Source of the DNA: Mobula hypostoma
Lineage: Eukaryota
Assembly (NCBI RefSeq): GCF_963921235.1
Contig: NC_086097.1
Location: 244,592,001 to 244,656,000 of the forward strand
Length of the DNA: 64,000 nucleotides
Direction of reading: 5' to 3'
Position numbers and translations under genes: made by a program. Shown piece by piece: positions 12,741-25,620 of the stretch. Every line of letters starts with the position of its first letter. Positions within the stretch are counted from its first letter, which is position 1. The notes below the pieces were generated by a model that saw nothing but the letters and a program-made list of their open reading frames with translations, was not told the DNA's origin and made no database searches.

Positions 12741-15039
12741 CTCTGCACTATTAACTTCGCAATTTGCAGCAATTTTCTCTTTGCACTGCGGCCACTGCAA
12801 AACAACAAGTTTCACACCAGAATCTGATTTCCAATGGAAAAAAACAAAAAGGGGAATCTATCTCCACAGTCCCTGATCTCCACAAAACACAAGGCTAACT
12901 CGTCAAGCAATGCACCAAATAGTATCTATGACTGTTCGACATTTGCCATTTATGGGTAGACATGCTACCCCCAGGTGTACAATGTAAATCCACTTGGAGC
13001 CAACATGACCCATTCAACCTCTTTCTACAGGAATGAACAAAAATTTAGTCATTAAACAATTTAGACAAATAAACACAAACTAGTTAAAGGTGAGAGGGGA
13101 AGAGTGTTGAAGAGGACTTTACCAGCAAGATTTTCCCAATACAGAGGATGGTGGGTATATGGAATGAGCCACTAGTGGAAGTGGTAGAGGCAGGTACAAG
13201 TACTAAAAGACATTCAAACAAAAATATGGATGGGAAAGGTCTAAAGGGATACGTGCCCCAAGAATGTGAACGGGACCAGCTGAGGAATCAGCTTGAACAA
13301 GGTGGGCTATGTAAATTTATTACTCAAAGTTAACTGAAAATTTAGCTGAATGGTGTACTAACAATAACCTCTCACTCAATATCCTATTGACTTCTGTCAG
13401 GTGCCTCAGGACTTGCACCACCAGGTTCAAGCACAGTTACTACCCTCAACCATCAGGCTCATGATCAAAAAGGGGATAACTACACCCATTTAAGGATTCT
13501 TTTATCTTGTTATTTTGTACTCGTTATTTATTGCTATTTATTTTTATTTATATTTGCATTTCCACAGTTGTCCATTGATCCTGTTTACAGTTACTGTTCT
13601 ATGGATTTGATAAGCATGCCCACAGAAGAAGAATCTCAGGGCTGTATGCGGTGACATGCATGTACTCTGATAATCAATTGTACTTTGAACTTGAAATGGA
13701 TGATTAAGGAAAACCTTACACCACAGGTGCTAACTATTCTGAGAGGGCTTCAGCATTTTCCTTGTACTTCGTATCACAAGAGCAATCTTTTGATTTTTAC
13801 TCAAAGGTAACAAGTAAATTAAAGGCTGTGTTTTTTTAAAGTTAGCTTTAAAACTAAAGTGCTAATAGTTCAACCAGAAGCAAATGTAAACAAGTGCTAA
13901 CTTCCTCATGATTTGTTGTGTAGCATACAACAAAAGTCTGGGTCTGGGGCGGGGGCGGGGGCGGGGAGGATTCCAGCAATTAAAAGATTAAAGTACACAA
14001 TTTATAACAGCTTTTCAATGAGAGAGAAGACTAGTGTTCTGATGATAAGTACACCAGTAATATTACATCATCCAAACTTACTGAAAGGTGTAATCACTCC
14101 CATGGCCAAAAAAAAACTAAGTGTCCAAAAAACTATTTGTCTCTAAGCAGAGTGATAATTTTGAGTAAAAATGATTTATTTTATGATGGAGGATTCTACA
14201 TTATGTCTTTGTACAAATCAAAAAGCAAGGGGGCTTATTCGCCCTTCCTCTCCAGATCTGATGAAGAGTCTTGGTGCAAAACATTGACTGTTTATTTATG
14301 TCCATGGATGCGGCATAACCTGCTGAGTTCCTGCAGCATTTTGTGTGTTAGAACAAATTTCAACATAAGTCAGTGATAATAAACCAGATTCATGAAATTT
14401 ATACCCTGACTATCTCAGGATGACAGCCGCAATCACTTTCAACATTCAACCATGAGACGGAAGGCAAAAAGAAAAAAAATCATGTACAAATGTGAAGGAG
14501 GAAAACGTGTAGAAATGTTTTTCTTTTACAAGTAGACAGTACTTTCCGACACCCCTCCCACCACTACATACACATCAACTAGCGTTACTTCATGTACATA
14601 CGATGTGTGTGTATATGTATATATATATATAAAATAGTTACTAGTACATTGTAAATACAAGAGATTCTGCAGATGCTGGAAATCCAAAGTAACACACACA
14701 AAATACAGGAGGAATTCAGCAGGTTAGGCCCCAGCTTTGGAGGGTAATAAATAGTACACAATTCAGGTGATTCATCAGGGTCTAGGCCGGAAATGTCGAC
14801 TGTTTATTCTTTTCCATAGGTGCTGTCTGACCTGCCGGGTTCCTCCAAGCATTTTGAGTGTGTTACGTGTGCATTGTGTTTTATAAGATTGCTTTTATAG
14901 TTATTGGTTTTTTTTGCGTATTGTGTTTTTACGGTGCATTTGATCCGGAGTAACAATCACCCCGTTCTCTCGTACACTGAGTAATTGTGTACTGAACAAG
15001 CCTGAGTGCCAAATGCAGTGGATTAAGGCACTGCAGGCC

Positions 15040-15540
15040 CCTCGCAAGGCCACGGCGTTGACGCTCCCCGTTCTGAGCAGCAACAGTTGGGTGAGTTAGC
15101 CACGTTTGGCTCGCTCCCCCCACCCCATCCCTCCGTTCCGGAGCCCGCGGGGGCCCCCCGACCCACCTCAGCAGGATCTCCAGCGAGCTGTCGTGCTTGT
15201 CGAGCGGCCGGCCCACCGCGCTCTTCCGCAGTTTGTTGAGCTCCTCGGCGGCCCGCACGTACTCGGTCTGGCTCTCCGCGCTCGGGTAGGTGGCCGCGAT
15301 GAACTTGCACAGCGGTTTCGACAGGTCCACCTCGGACGACTTCTTGAGCGGCACGGACACGAAGGTGGTGGCCATTGCGGCCTGCCTGTGGGACGGACGG
15401 GGGCACCAGGAAGCAGAGGGAATGGAGAGGAGGAGCAGGAGCAGGAGGGGCGGCCCCCACCGTGACTCCAGACGTCAGGCTCGACGCCGCTTTCCTCGCC
15501 GCATCCCGCCCACTCATTGCCACAGCGATGGGGCCAGAGG
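15040..15540 (-). promoter_or_regulatory. CpG island / promoter-5'UTR of PDCD6IP
   Basis: GC- and CpG-rich against a CpG-depleted background. CRE-like TGACGTCT (minus) at 15470-15477 and a GGGGCGG GC box near 15447-15453. Confidence 0.75.
15167..15375 (-). CDS. PDCD6IP: Programmed cell death 6-interacting protein (ALIX), first coding exon (Bro1 domain N-terminus)
   Basis: Translation MATTFVSVPLKKSSEVDLSKPLCKFIAATYPSAESQTEYVRAAEELNKLRKSAVGRPLDKHDSSLEILLR matches the vertebrate ALIX N-terminus. The 209-nt exon ends at a phase-2 AG|GTGGGT donor (GT at 15166-15165). CpG-rich context. No exon 2 recognised in 1-15166. Confidence 0.96.
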
Positions 15541-16019
15541 ACAGAAGTTAAACAGAGGTCTCCTTCAGTGTCCTTTCCCCTCAATCCAACCCAGACGTTC
15601 CCTCAAAAGTTTATTGACAACAGAAAACTTGGACATTATGATTCCCTGTTACAATGCTCTGGGCCTGTATTCGCTGGAGTTGAGAACTATGAGCAGGGAG
15701 GATCTCATGTGAACCTACCGATTACAGTATTGAAGGGCCGATAGTTGGGGAGTCTCAGATTAGAAGGACGTCCCTGTAGAACATAGATGAAGAGAAATTT
15801 CTCTAGGCAGAAAATGGGGAGAGGACAGGAGAATGAGGTTGAGAGGGTCAATAAATCAGCCATGGTGGAGCAGACCCCGTGGAGCGAATGGCCTAATTCT
15901 GCTCCCATGTCTTGTGGTACCAATAGCAAGATGACACATAATATAGTAAAGTGGGCATAGGAACGTTGGATGAAAGATAGAGAAAAGTGAACTAATTTAC
16001 TATATTCATACCACAAATA

Positions 16020-17390
16020 TCGGCAGATGCTGGAAATCCAAGCAACACACAAAATGTTGGAGGAACTCAGCAGGCCAGGCGAGACCATGGTCTTCACTCT
16101 CCAGGGCACAGGCCTGGGCAAGGTTGTATGGAGGACCAGCAGTTGCCCATGCTGCAAGTCTCCCCTCTCCACGACACTGATGTTGTCCAAGGGAAGGGCA
16201 TGAGGACCCATACAGCTTAGCATCAATGTCCTCGCAGAGCAATGTGTGATTAAGTGCCTTGCTCAAGGACACAACACGCTTCCTCGGCTGGGGCGCGAAC
16301 TCATGACCTTCAGGTCGCTAATCCAATGCCTTAACCACTTGGCCACGTGCCCACAGCAGGCCAGGCAGCATCTATGGAAAAGAGTACAGTTGACATTTCA
16401 AGCTGAGACCCTTCAGCAGGATGGGAGAAAAAAAAGATGTGGAGTCAGAGTTAGAAGGTGGGGGGAGGGAGGAAGAAACACAGAGTGATATCTGAAACCA
16501 GATGGGGATGAAATAAAGAGCTGGGAACTTGATTGGTGAAAGAGATACAGGGATGGAGAACGGGGACTCTAATAGAAGGCCTTGGAAGAAAGAAAAAGGG
16601 GGAGGAGTACCAGAGAGAGGCAATGGGCAGGCAAGCAGATATAATGAGAGAGAGAAAAAGAGATGGGGAATGGGGTGGGGGGGGGAGGCCAATACCAGAA
16701 GTTCAAGAAATCGATCTTAATGCCATCTGATTGGAGGCTACCAGATGGAATACAAGATGTTGCTCCTCCAACCTGAGCGTAGCCTCATTGTGACAGTAGA
16801 GGATATGTCGGAACGGGACTGGCAAGTGGAATTAAAATAGGTGGTCACTGGGAGATCCCACTTTTTCTGGTGGAGAGAGCATAGGTGCTCGGTGAAGCAG
16901 TCTCCCAATCTATGTTGGGTCTCACCAATAGACAAGAGGCTATTGGGAGCACTGGATACAATAGATGGCCCCCGCAGACTCACAGGTAAAGTATCGCCTC
17001 ACCTGGAAGGACTGTTTGGAGCCTGGAATGGTAGTGAGGGAGGAGGTGTCGGGGCAGGTGTAGCACATTCCGCTTGCAAGGATAAGTGCTAGGAGGGCAA
17101 TCAGTGGGGTGGGTCGAATGGACAAGGGAGTCACATAGGGAGCAATCCCTGTGGAAAGCAGAAAGTGGGGGAGAAGATGTGCTTGATGGTGGGATCCCGC
17201 TGGACAGGCGGAAGTTAGAATTATGTGCTGGATGAGGAGACTGGTGGGGTGATAGGTGAGGACAGGAGAAACCCTATCCCAGGTAGGGTGGTGAGAGGAT
17301 AGGTTGAGGGCAGATGTGTACAAAATGGAAGAGATGTGGTTGAGGGTTGCTTTGATGGTGGAGGAAAGAAAACCCCTTTCTTTTAGTGGG
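16020..17390 (-). mobile_element. Penelope-like (Neptune-type) fragment with GIY-YIG remnant, interrupted by a SINE
   Basis: SFQVRRYFTCESAGAIYCIQC / LLSIGETQHRLGDCFTEHL is a GIY-YIG endonuclease remnant. Terminal repeat with degenerate hammerhead at about 16387-16424. Confidence 0.82.
16081..16353 (-). mobile_element. tRNA-derived SINE (CORE-like body)
   Basis: Minus-strand A box TGGCCAAGTGG, B-box-like GAGTTCGCGCC, GTCCTTGAGCAAGGCACTTAA. 13-bp TSD CAGCAGGCCAGGC at 16068-16080 and 16354-16366. Confidence 0.82.
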
Positions 17391-17811
17391 ATTTTGGAGG
17401 TGGATTAGAGGTAGAATGTGAACAGGGAACACCTGTAGGTTAAATTACTAACATTAACTCAGAAAACTGTTGGAAGAGGGTTATGGGAAAAGTTGTATGG
17501 ACACAGCTCAGCACATCTCAGAAACCAGCCTTCCCTGTATGAACCCTGACTATACTTCTTGCTGCCCCAGTAAAGCAGCCAGCACAATCAAAGACAACCC
17601 ACCTCCACCCCTGGGTATTCTCCCTTCTTCCCTCTCCATTCAGACAAAAGTGTCAAAAGCCTTAAAGCACGTACCACCAGTCTTAACCCACTGTTCTACC
17701 CACTGTTGTTAGACTATTGAATGACTCTAGTACGATAGGATTAAAGTCAGTAAAATTTGTTATCGAAGTACATGTATGTTCACGTAGGATTCATTTTCTT
17801 GCAGGCATTTA

Positions 17812-18446
17812 TAAGAAGGGGACCTGGGATAACATTGGAAACTATAGACCAGTTATGAATAAACTCTTCTCAGGCTTCCAGTCAAGTACAGGTAAACCTG
17901 AGAAGAGTTTATTCTTCATATACGCAGCAAAAGCACTAGATTCTTTTTTTTAAATAGACCAGTGAGTCTCATATCAGTGGTAGGGAAGTTACTGGAGAGA
18001 ATTCTTAGGGATAGGATCTATGAGCATTTGGAAAACCATGGCCTAATTAAGGACAACCAGCATGGCATTGTGCAGGGCAAATCTTGTTTTACAAACTTGA
18101 CCAAGTTTTTTGACAAGGCAACGAAGGTGACTAATGAAGCTATGGATGTTGTCTATGTGGATTTTAGTAAGGTATTTGACAAGATCACTCATGGAAGGTT
18201 CTTCTTGAAGATTAAGATGCAGAGGATCCATGGTGAATTGGCTGTTTGATTCAGAACTGAATATAAGAAGACAGAGGTTGGCAGTCAAAAGAACTTTCTC
18301 CAGCTGGAGGTCTGTGATTAGTGATGCTCTGAAGTGATCTGTACAGGGACCTTTACTGTATGTTCTGTATACAGTATAAGTTAACTGGATGAAAAGCTGA
18401 AGGGTGGATTAGTAAGTTTGCAGATGATACGAAGATTGATTGTGTT
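17812..18446 (+). mobile_element. Old CR1 RT fragment (resumes near 21365)
   Basis: NYRPV.SLISVVGKLLERILRDRI...QHG...DFSKVFDK...KFADDT. Degraded. Confidence 0.8.
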
Positions 18447-18772
18447 AGAAACATAGAAAAGCTACAGCATAATACAGGCCCTTCAGCCCACAATGCTGTG
18501 CCAAACTTGTACTTGCTTTAGAAATTACCTAGTGTTGCCCAGAGCCCTCTATTTTTCGAAGCTCCATGTACCTATCCAGGAGTATCTTGAAAGACCCTAT
18601 CGTATCCCCCTCTACCACTCACCACTCCAGGCACTCACCATTCCAGGCACTCACCACTCTCTGCATAAAAAACTTCCCACTGACATCTCCTCTGTACCTA
18701 CTTCTAAGCACCTTAAAACTGTGTTGTCTCGTGCTAGCCGTTTCAGCCCTGGGAAAAAGCCTCCGACTATCT
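18447..18772 (-). mobile_element. CR1 3' end, inverted relative to the adjacent CR1
   Basis: Reverse-complement similarity to about 21030-21356. Confidence 0.8.
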
Positions 18773-18774
18773 CT

Positions 18775-21356
18775 GTGAGTCCCTGTGGGTGGAGGTTAGG
18801 AACAGGAAGGGGTCAGTAACTTTACTGGTTTTTTTTTTACATAGGCCACCCAATAGTAACAGGGATATTGAGGAGCAGATAGGGAAACAGATCCTGGAAA
18901 TGTGTAATACTGTAACAACAGAGTTGTGATGGGAGATTTTAATTTCCCAAATATCGATTGGTATCTCCCTAGAGCAAGTGGTTTAGATGGGGTGATGTTT
19001 GTTAGGTGTGTTCAGGAAGGTTTCTTGACACAATATGTAGATAAGCCTACAAGAGGAGAGACTGTACTTGATTTGGTATTGGGATATGAACCTGGTCAGG
19101 TGTCAGCTCTCTCAGTGGGACAGCATTTTGGAGATAGTGATCATAATTCTATCTCCTTTACAAAAGCATTGGAGAGAGACAGGAACAGACAAGTTAGAAA
19201 AGCATTTAATTGGAGTAAGGGGAATTATGAGGCTATCAGGCAGGAAATTGGAAGCTTAAATTGGAAACAGATGTCATCAGGGAAAAGTACAGAAGAAATG
19301 TGGCAAATGTTCAGGGGATATTTGTGTGGAGTTCTGCATAGGTACGTTCCAATGAGACAGGGAAATTATGGTAGGGTACAGGAACCGTGGTGTACAAAGG
19401 CTGTAATAAATCTAGTCAAGAAGAAAAGCTTACAAAAGGTTCAGAGAGCTAGGTAATGTAAGAGATCTAGCAGATTATAAGGCTAATAGGAACGAGCTTA
19501 AGAAGGAAATTAGGAGAGCCAGAAGTGGCTATGAGAAGGCCTTGGCGGGCAGGATTAAAGAAAACCCCAAGGCATTCTACAAGTATGTGAAGAGCAAGAG
19601 GATAAAAGAATAGGACCTATCAAGTCTGACAGTGGGAAAGTGTGTATGGAACTGGAGGAAATAGCAGAGGTACTTATTGAATACTTTACTTCAGTATTCA
19701 CTGTGGAAAAGGATCTTGGTGATTGTAGTGATAACTTGCAGTAGACTGAAAAGCTTGCGCATGTAGATGTTAAAAAAGAGGATGTGCTGGAGCTTTTGAA
19801 AAGCATCAAGTTGGATAAGTCGCCGGGACCGGATGAGATGTACCCCAGACTACAGTGGGAGGCGAGGGAGGAGATCGCTGAGCTTCTGACGATGATCTTT
19901 GCATCATCAATGGGGACGGAAGAGGTTCCGGCGGATTGGAGGGTTGCGGATGTTGTTCCTTTATTCAAGAAAGGGAGTAGAGGAAGCCCAGGAAATTATA
20001 GACCAGTGAGTCTTACCTCAGTGGTTGGTAAGTTGATGGAGAAGATTCTGACAGGCAGCATTTATGAACACTTGGAGAGGCATAATATGATTAGGAATAG
20101 TCAGCATGGCTTTGTCAAGGGCAGGTTGTGCCTTACGAGCCTGATTCAATTTTTTGAGAATGTGACTAAACACATTGACGAAGGAAGAGCATTCGATGTG
20201 GTTGTATATAGATTGCAGCAAGGCATTTGATATGGTACTCCATGCTAGGCTTATTGAGAAAGTAAGGAGGCATGGGATCCAAGGGGACATTGCTTTGTGG
20301 ATCCAGAACTGACTTGCCCACAGAAGGCAAAGAGTGATTGTAGACAGCTCATATTCTGAATGGAGGTCGGTGACCAGTGGTGTGCCTCAGGGATCTGTTC
20401 TGGGACCCTTACTCTTCGTAATTTTTATAAAATGACCTGGATAAGGAAGTGGAGGGATGGGTTCGTAAGTTTGCTGATGACACAAAGGTTGGGGGTGTTG
20501 TGGATAGTGTGGAGGTTACAGTGGGACATTGATAGGATGCAAAACTGGGCTGAGAAGTGGCAGATGGAGTTCAACCCAGATAAGTGTGAGGTGGTTCATT
20601 TTGGTAGGTGAAATATGATGGCAGAATATAGTATTAATGGTAAGACTCTTGGCAGTGTGGAGGATCAGAGGGATCTTGGGGTCTGAGTTCATAGGACGCT
20701 CAAAGCAGGTTGACTCTGGTTAAGAAGGCGTACGGTGTATTGGCCTTCATCAATCGTGGAATTGAATTTAGGAGCCGAGAGGTAATGTTGCAGCTATATA
20801 GGACCCTGGTCAGACCCCACTTGGAGTACCGTGCTCAGTTCTGGTCACCTCACTACTGGAAGGATGTGGAAACCATAGAAAGGGTGCAGAGGGGATTTAC
20901 AAGGCTGTTGCCTGGATTAGGGAGCATGTCTTATGAAAACAGGTTAAGTGAACTTGGCCTTTTCTCCTTGGAGCGATGGAGGATGAGAGGTCACCTGATA
21001 GAGGTGTATAAGATGATGAGAGGCATTGATCGTGTGGATGTCAGAGGCTTTTTCCCCAGGGCTGAAATGGCTGCCACAAGAGGGCACGGGTTTAAGGTGC
21101 TTGGGAGTAGGTACAGAGGAGATGTCAGGGGTAAGATTTTTATGCAGAGAGTGGTGAGTGCATGGAATGGGCTGCTGGCAACGGTGGTGGAGGCCGATAT
21201 GATAGGGTCTTTTAAGAGACTTTTGGATAGGTACATGGAGCTTAGAAAAATAGAGGGCTATATGTAAACCATAGTAATTTCTAAGGTAGGGACATGTTTG
21301 GCACAACTTTGTGGGCCGAAGGGCCTGTATTGTGCTGTAGGTTTTCTATGTTTCTA
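18775..21356 (+). mobile_element. CR1 LINE ORF2 (APE+RT), 5'-truncated, decayed
   Basis: GDFNFPNIDW, GDSDHN, KSPGPD, NYRPVSLTSVVGK, KFADDTK, LVRPHLEY, TTCTATGTTTCTA tail. Confidence 0.92.
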
Positions 21357-22025
21357 CCCACACGTTGTGTTGTGGATAATGTAGAAGACTGGGGAAGAAT
21401 ACAATGGACAATGGGTGATTTTTTTTTTACAATTTGTCTTCTTTTGAATCAGAATCAGGTTTGTTATCACTAACATACACTTAGTGGCCATTTTATTAAT
21501 GTTCAAAGTAAATATATTATTAAAGTTTATTATGAAAGTACATATATGTCACCATATATAACCCTGAGATTCATTTTCTTGCAGCCATACTCAATAAATC
21601 CTTAGAATAATAACCCTAACAGAATCAATAAAAGACTGCACCAACTTGCAGTGTGAAAAAGATAACAAACTGGCAAATAAAAATGAAAGAAATAATAATA
21701 ATAAATAGATATGCAATAAATATCGAGAGCATGAGATTAGGTACTTCCTGTACCTAATAAAGTGGCCACTGAGTGTATAGTCGTGGTCATCTGCTGCTGT
21801 GGCCCATCCACTTCAAGATTCAACGTACTTCGCATTGAGAGATACTCTTCTGCACACCACTGTTGTAGCGTGTGGTTATTTGAGTTACTGTCACCTTCTT
21901 GTCAGCTTGAACCAGTCTGGCCATTCTCCTCTGACCCCTCTCATTAATAAGCCAATTTCACCCACAGTAATGTCACTCACTGGCATTTATTTTGTTTTTC
22001 GCACCATTTTCTATAAGCTTTAGAG

Positions 22026-22699
22026 CAGGGTTCCAATCACAAACAAGGGAAAATCTGCAGATGCTGAAAATCTGAGCAACACACACAAAATGCTGGATGA
22101 ACTCAGCAGGCCAGGCAGCATCTAGGAAAAGAGTACAGTCAATGCTTCTCCGTGGATTGTCACCTTGTCGTGGTGGAGAAGCTCGTGTGGTCCTGTGATC
22201 CCGAGAGCAATACTGTCTGGAGCTATGCTCCTGGTAGGGTCACCCATGGTGGTAAGGTCGAGGGTGAGGTCCCTGACAAAGAACAATCCAACCAAGACCT
22301 CAACGGTGGAACAGGCGGACGAAGTTACTTCAAACTCAACGGCTGTGAAGGCGGATGAAGGCTGCAACATATCCATCAGCTCCAATCGTCATGGTTTCCA
22401 TGCCATTGGAATCAGTTGGTTGATTTGTGAAGTATCGTGTGCTTCTTGGAGTGCAACATCAAGTACACGTTAAACAAATACACGCACAGGCGCCTTCGTT
22501 CTTTGGTCTACTTCAGAACGAAGACCATCATCCTCGACCTCAAGGGATGGCCACGACTGACAGTCAATGGTTTGGGCCAAAACCATTCAGCAGGACCTTC
22601 AGCATTTTGTGTTTGGTGAGCAGGGTTCCAATCCTTCTTTATGCCATGGACCAATACCATTAAGCAAGGGATCTGTGGACCCCAGGTTAGGAACCCCTG
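22026..22699. mobile_element. Tiny hAT-type MITE (about 80 bp), interrupted by later insertions
   Basis: CAGGGTTCC...GGAACCCCTG termini. 8-bp TSD CTTTAGAG at 22018-22025 and 22700-22707. Confidence 0.85.
22145..22559 (+). mobile_element. RTE-derived short element
   Basis: 5' GTGGATTGTCACCTTGTCGTGGTGGAG resembles RTE/BovB-type 5' ends. 10-bp TSD ACAGTCAATG at 22135-22144 and 22560-22569. Confidence 0.7.
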
Positions 22700-23629
22700 C
22701 TTTAGAGACTGTTGTGTGCGAAAATCCCAGGAGACTGGCAGCTTCTAAGATACTCAAATCACCCCATTTGGCACCAACAATCTTTTCACAGTGAAGGTCA
22801 CTTAGATCACATTTCTTCCCCATTCTGATATTTGATCTGAACAACTGATCCACTTCGCCATGTCTGTATGCTTTAATGCTTTGAGTTACTGCCGCTTGAC
22901 TGGCTAATTAGATATTTGCATTAACGAGTGGGTGTTAATGCAGTGCAGTTCAAAACATAAAAATGTTACAATAAAACATATATTTTAAAATATAAAATAA
23001 ATAAATAATGTGAAATAGAAAAATAGTGACATAGTGGGTCGATGGGTTGTTCAGAAATCTGAAAATCTTTCACATTGTTAATCACTTTGGGTGTTTCTCA
23101 GTCAAAATCAGGTTTGTTATCAGAATCAAAATCAGTTTGTTAAACTTTTGTTTATGTATAGTATTTTTCATATAATCTATTGTATCTTTTCTTTATTTTG
23201 GAACATGGAACGTTGAAAAATACAGCGCAGGAACAGGCTCTTTGGCCCACAGTGTTTTGCTGAACCAATCAAATCAATAATCAAATGGCTAACTAAATTA
23301 ATCTCTTCTACCTATACAATGCCCATATACAACCATTTTCTTCACATTCATGTGTCGATCAACATGTCTCTTAAAAGTCCCTAATGTATCTGCTCTACCA
23401 CCACCCCAGGCAGCAGATTCCAGGCACCCACCACTCTCTATGTAAAAAAAACTTCTCCCTCACATCTCCTTTGAAATTACCCACCATCACCTTAAGTGCA
23501 TTCCCACTAATATTAGACATTTTTTGATTCTTTTTTTTAAGGAAAGAAAGAAAAAAAAGAACCCCTACTAACTAAAACAGAGAAAACTCCTAATAACTAA
23601 AAAAATGATTTAACCAAAATATTTATATA

Positions 23630-24180
23630 TATTTCAAAACATTCCTATTTTTCTAACTAAGAAGTTTTTTGATCCGGTTGACTCTATTATTTCATCTTCT
23701 GTTTGGAGTAATAAAAGACCAAGAATTGGGAAATGTCATTTAGAAAAATTAAAAAAGGATGGAGGTCTTACTTTGCCTAATTTAAGAATATTATTGGGCG
23801 GTTAATATACGTCATGCGTGTTCTTGGTTATGTTGGATGAATAAAAAGGAACGACCATCTTGGGTTGATTTGGAATTGAAAATTGTGAAACAATTTCATT
23901 TAACTTCGTTATTAGGAGCTCCTTTACCTGTACAATTAGCCAAAATTTCTATTCTAAATATGAATCCTATGATTAATCAATCATTACCAATTTGGTACCA
24001 GTTTCATAAGTTTTTTAATCTTAAAAAATTTAACCTTTTTAGTTTAATTTATCGAAACTATTTATTTAAACCTTCACTTAGTGATCCTACCTTTTCCCTT
24101 TGGAGGAATAAAGGAATTTTTTTCCTTTATGGACTTGTTTCAAAAAGGTCGATTGATGTCCTTTGTGAAATTAGTAACTA
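23630..24180 (+). mobile_element. L1-clade LINE ORF2 fragment
   Basis: FVWSNKRPRIG...KKDGGLTLPNLR.YYWA-type post-RT motifs. AT-rich. Inserted in a minus-strand CR1 remnant spanning about 23200-24705. Confidence 0.72.
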
Positions 24181-24704
24181 AATATTAGACATTTTAATCC
24201 TGGGAAAAAGATGCTACTATCTATGGTGCTCACAACCTTATCAGATCTCCCCTTAGATTCCAGTTCTCCATAGAAAACAACTCAAGTTTGGCCAACCTCT
24301 CGTTCTAGCACATGCCCTCTAATCCAGACATCATCCTGGTAAACTTCTTCTGCATCCTTCCTAAAATGGGCCGACCAGAACTGTATGCAATACTCCAGAT
24401 GCAGTCTAACTAGAACTTTATAAAGCTGCAACACAAATGCTATTATACCTTTGAACTCCTTGCCTCAACTAATAAAGGTAAACATGCCATATCTTTATTA
24501 ATCACCCTATCAGCCTGTGCAGCCACTTTCAGGTAACTATGAACAGGGATCCCAAGATCCCTCTACTCATCAACACTGTTAGGTATCTTGCCCTTAACAG
24601 TGTACTCCCTCTTTACAGTTGACCTATGAAGGTGCAACACTTCACATTTGGCTGAGGTAAGCTCCATCTGCCATTTCTCTGCACATATCTGCAGCTGATC
24701 TTAC

Positions 24705-25620
24705 CTACCACCTTATGAGCCTTCACACACAACACATCATTCTCCACAATGTCTGCCACCTTAAACAGGACCCAAACACTAAACACATTTTAACCACTTC
24801 CCCTTCCCCTGTCCATTCCTCTCTCCTGGCACTTAGCCCTGTAAACAACAGAAGTGCTACACCCGTCCATTCACCCTCTCCATCACCTCCATTCAAGGCC
24901 TCAAACAGTCCTTCCAGGTGAGACAACACTTCACCTGCGAATCTGTTGGGGAGGTTTATTGTATCCAGTGCTCCTTATGAGGCCCTCTGCATTGGTGAGA
25001 CCCGACGTAGATTGGGGTCTGCTTTGTTTTTGCACCTTGGTTCCATCCACCAATAGCAGAATTTCCCAGTGGCTGACCATTTTAATTCCTATCCCCATTC
25101 CCATTCCAACATGTCAGTCCATGGGTAGAAGAGCAATACCACATATTCTGTATTGGTAGCCTCTAATCTGATGGTATGAACATTGATTTATCCAATTTCC
25201 AGTAATTTTTCCCCAACTCTTCTTATCTCATTTCAATTCCCCTCTTGGAGTCCCAGCTTTCTTCTTCTCATCTACCTATCGCCTCCCCTTAATGCCCCAT
25301 CTCCTTCCTTTTTCCCATGATCAACTCTCCTCTTCTATCAGATTCCTTCTTCTACCGCCCTTTACCTTTTCCACCTATCACCTCCCAGCTTCTTACTTCA
25401 TCCCCTTCCCCCACCCATCTGGCTTCTAATTGCAATCCTTCCCCTCCCGCCACCTTCTTATTCTGACATCATTACCCTTCCTTTCCAGTCCTGATGAAGG
25501 GTTTCAGCCTGAAATGCTGACTATTTATTTCTCTCCATAGATGCTGCCTGACCTGCTGAGTTCCTCCAGCATTTTGTATGCGTTGCTCTGGATTTCCAGC
25601 ATCTGCAGAATCTCTTGTAT
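24705..25620 (+). mobile_element. Penelope-like (Neptune-type) 3' fragment
   Basis: SFQVRQHFTCES.G..YCIQC...IGETRR GIY-YIG remnant, pyrimidine-rich tract, hammerhead-like CAGTC-CTGATGA...GAAAT at 25486-25522. Confidence 0.82.

Larger units (their letters stand above)
21476..22936. mobile_element. Tc1/mariner-like non-autonomous element hosting nested insertions
   Basis: Inverted pair TACACTTAGTGGCCATTTTATTA (21476-21498) and TAATAAAGTGGCCACTGAGTGTA (21756-21778). Minus-strand transposase N-terminus remnant MGKKCDLSD...IVGAK..LSILEAASLLGFSHTTVS near 22700-22825. Confidence 0.7.

Noticed and set aside
1..15166. Further PDCD6IP exons (expected YYDQ...PFSENQ and ICLTFTWKDAF)
   Set aside because: No matching minus-strand peptide with splice sites was found by eye. 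They probably lie beyond the window, though a short exon could have been missed.
14929..15166. ORF continuation beyond PDCD6IP exon 1 and overlapping GC-rich ORFs at 15023-15712
   Set aside because: Read-through into the intron and shadow frames of the CpG island. Similarity stops at the GT donor.
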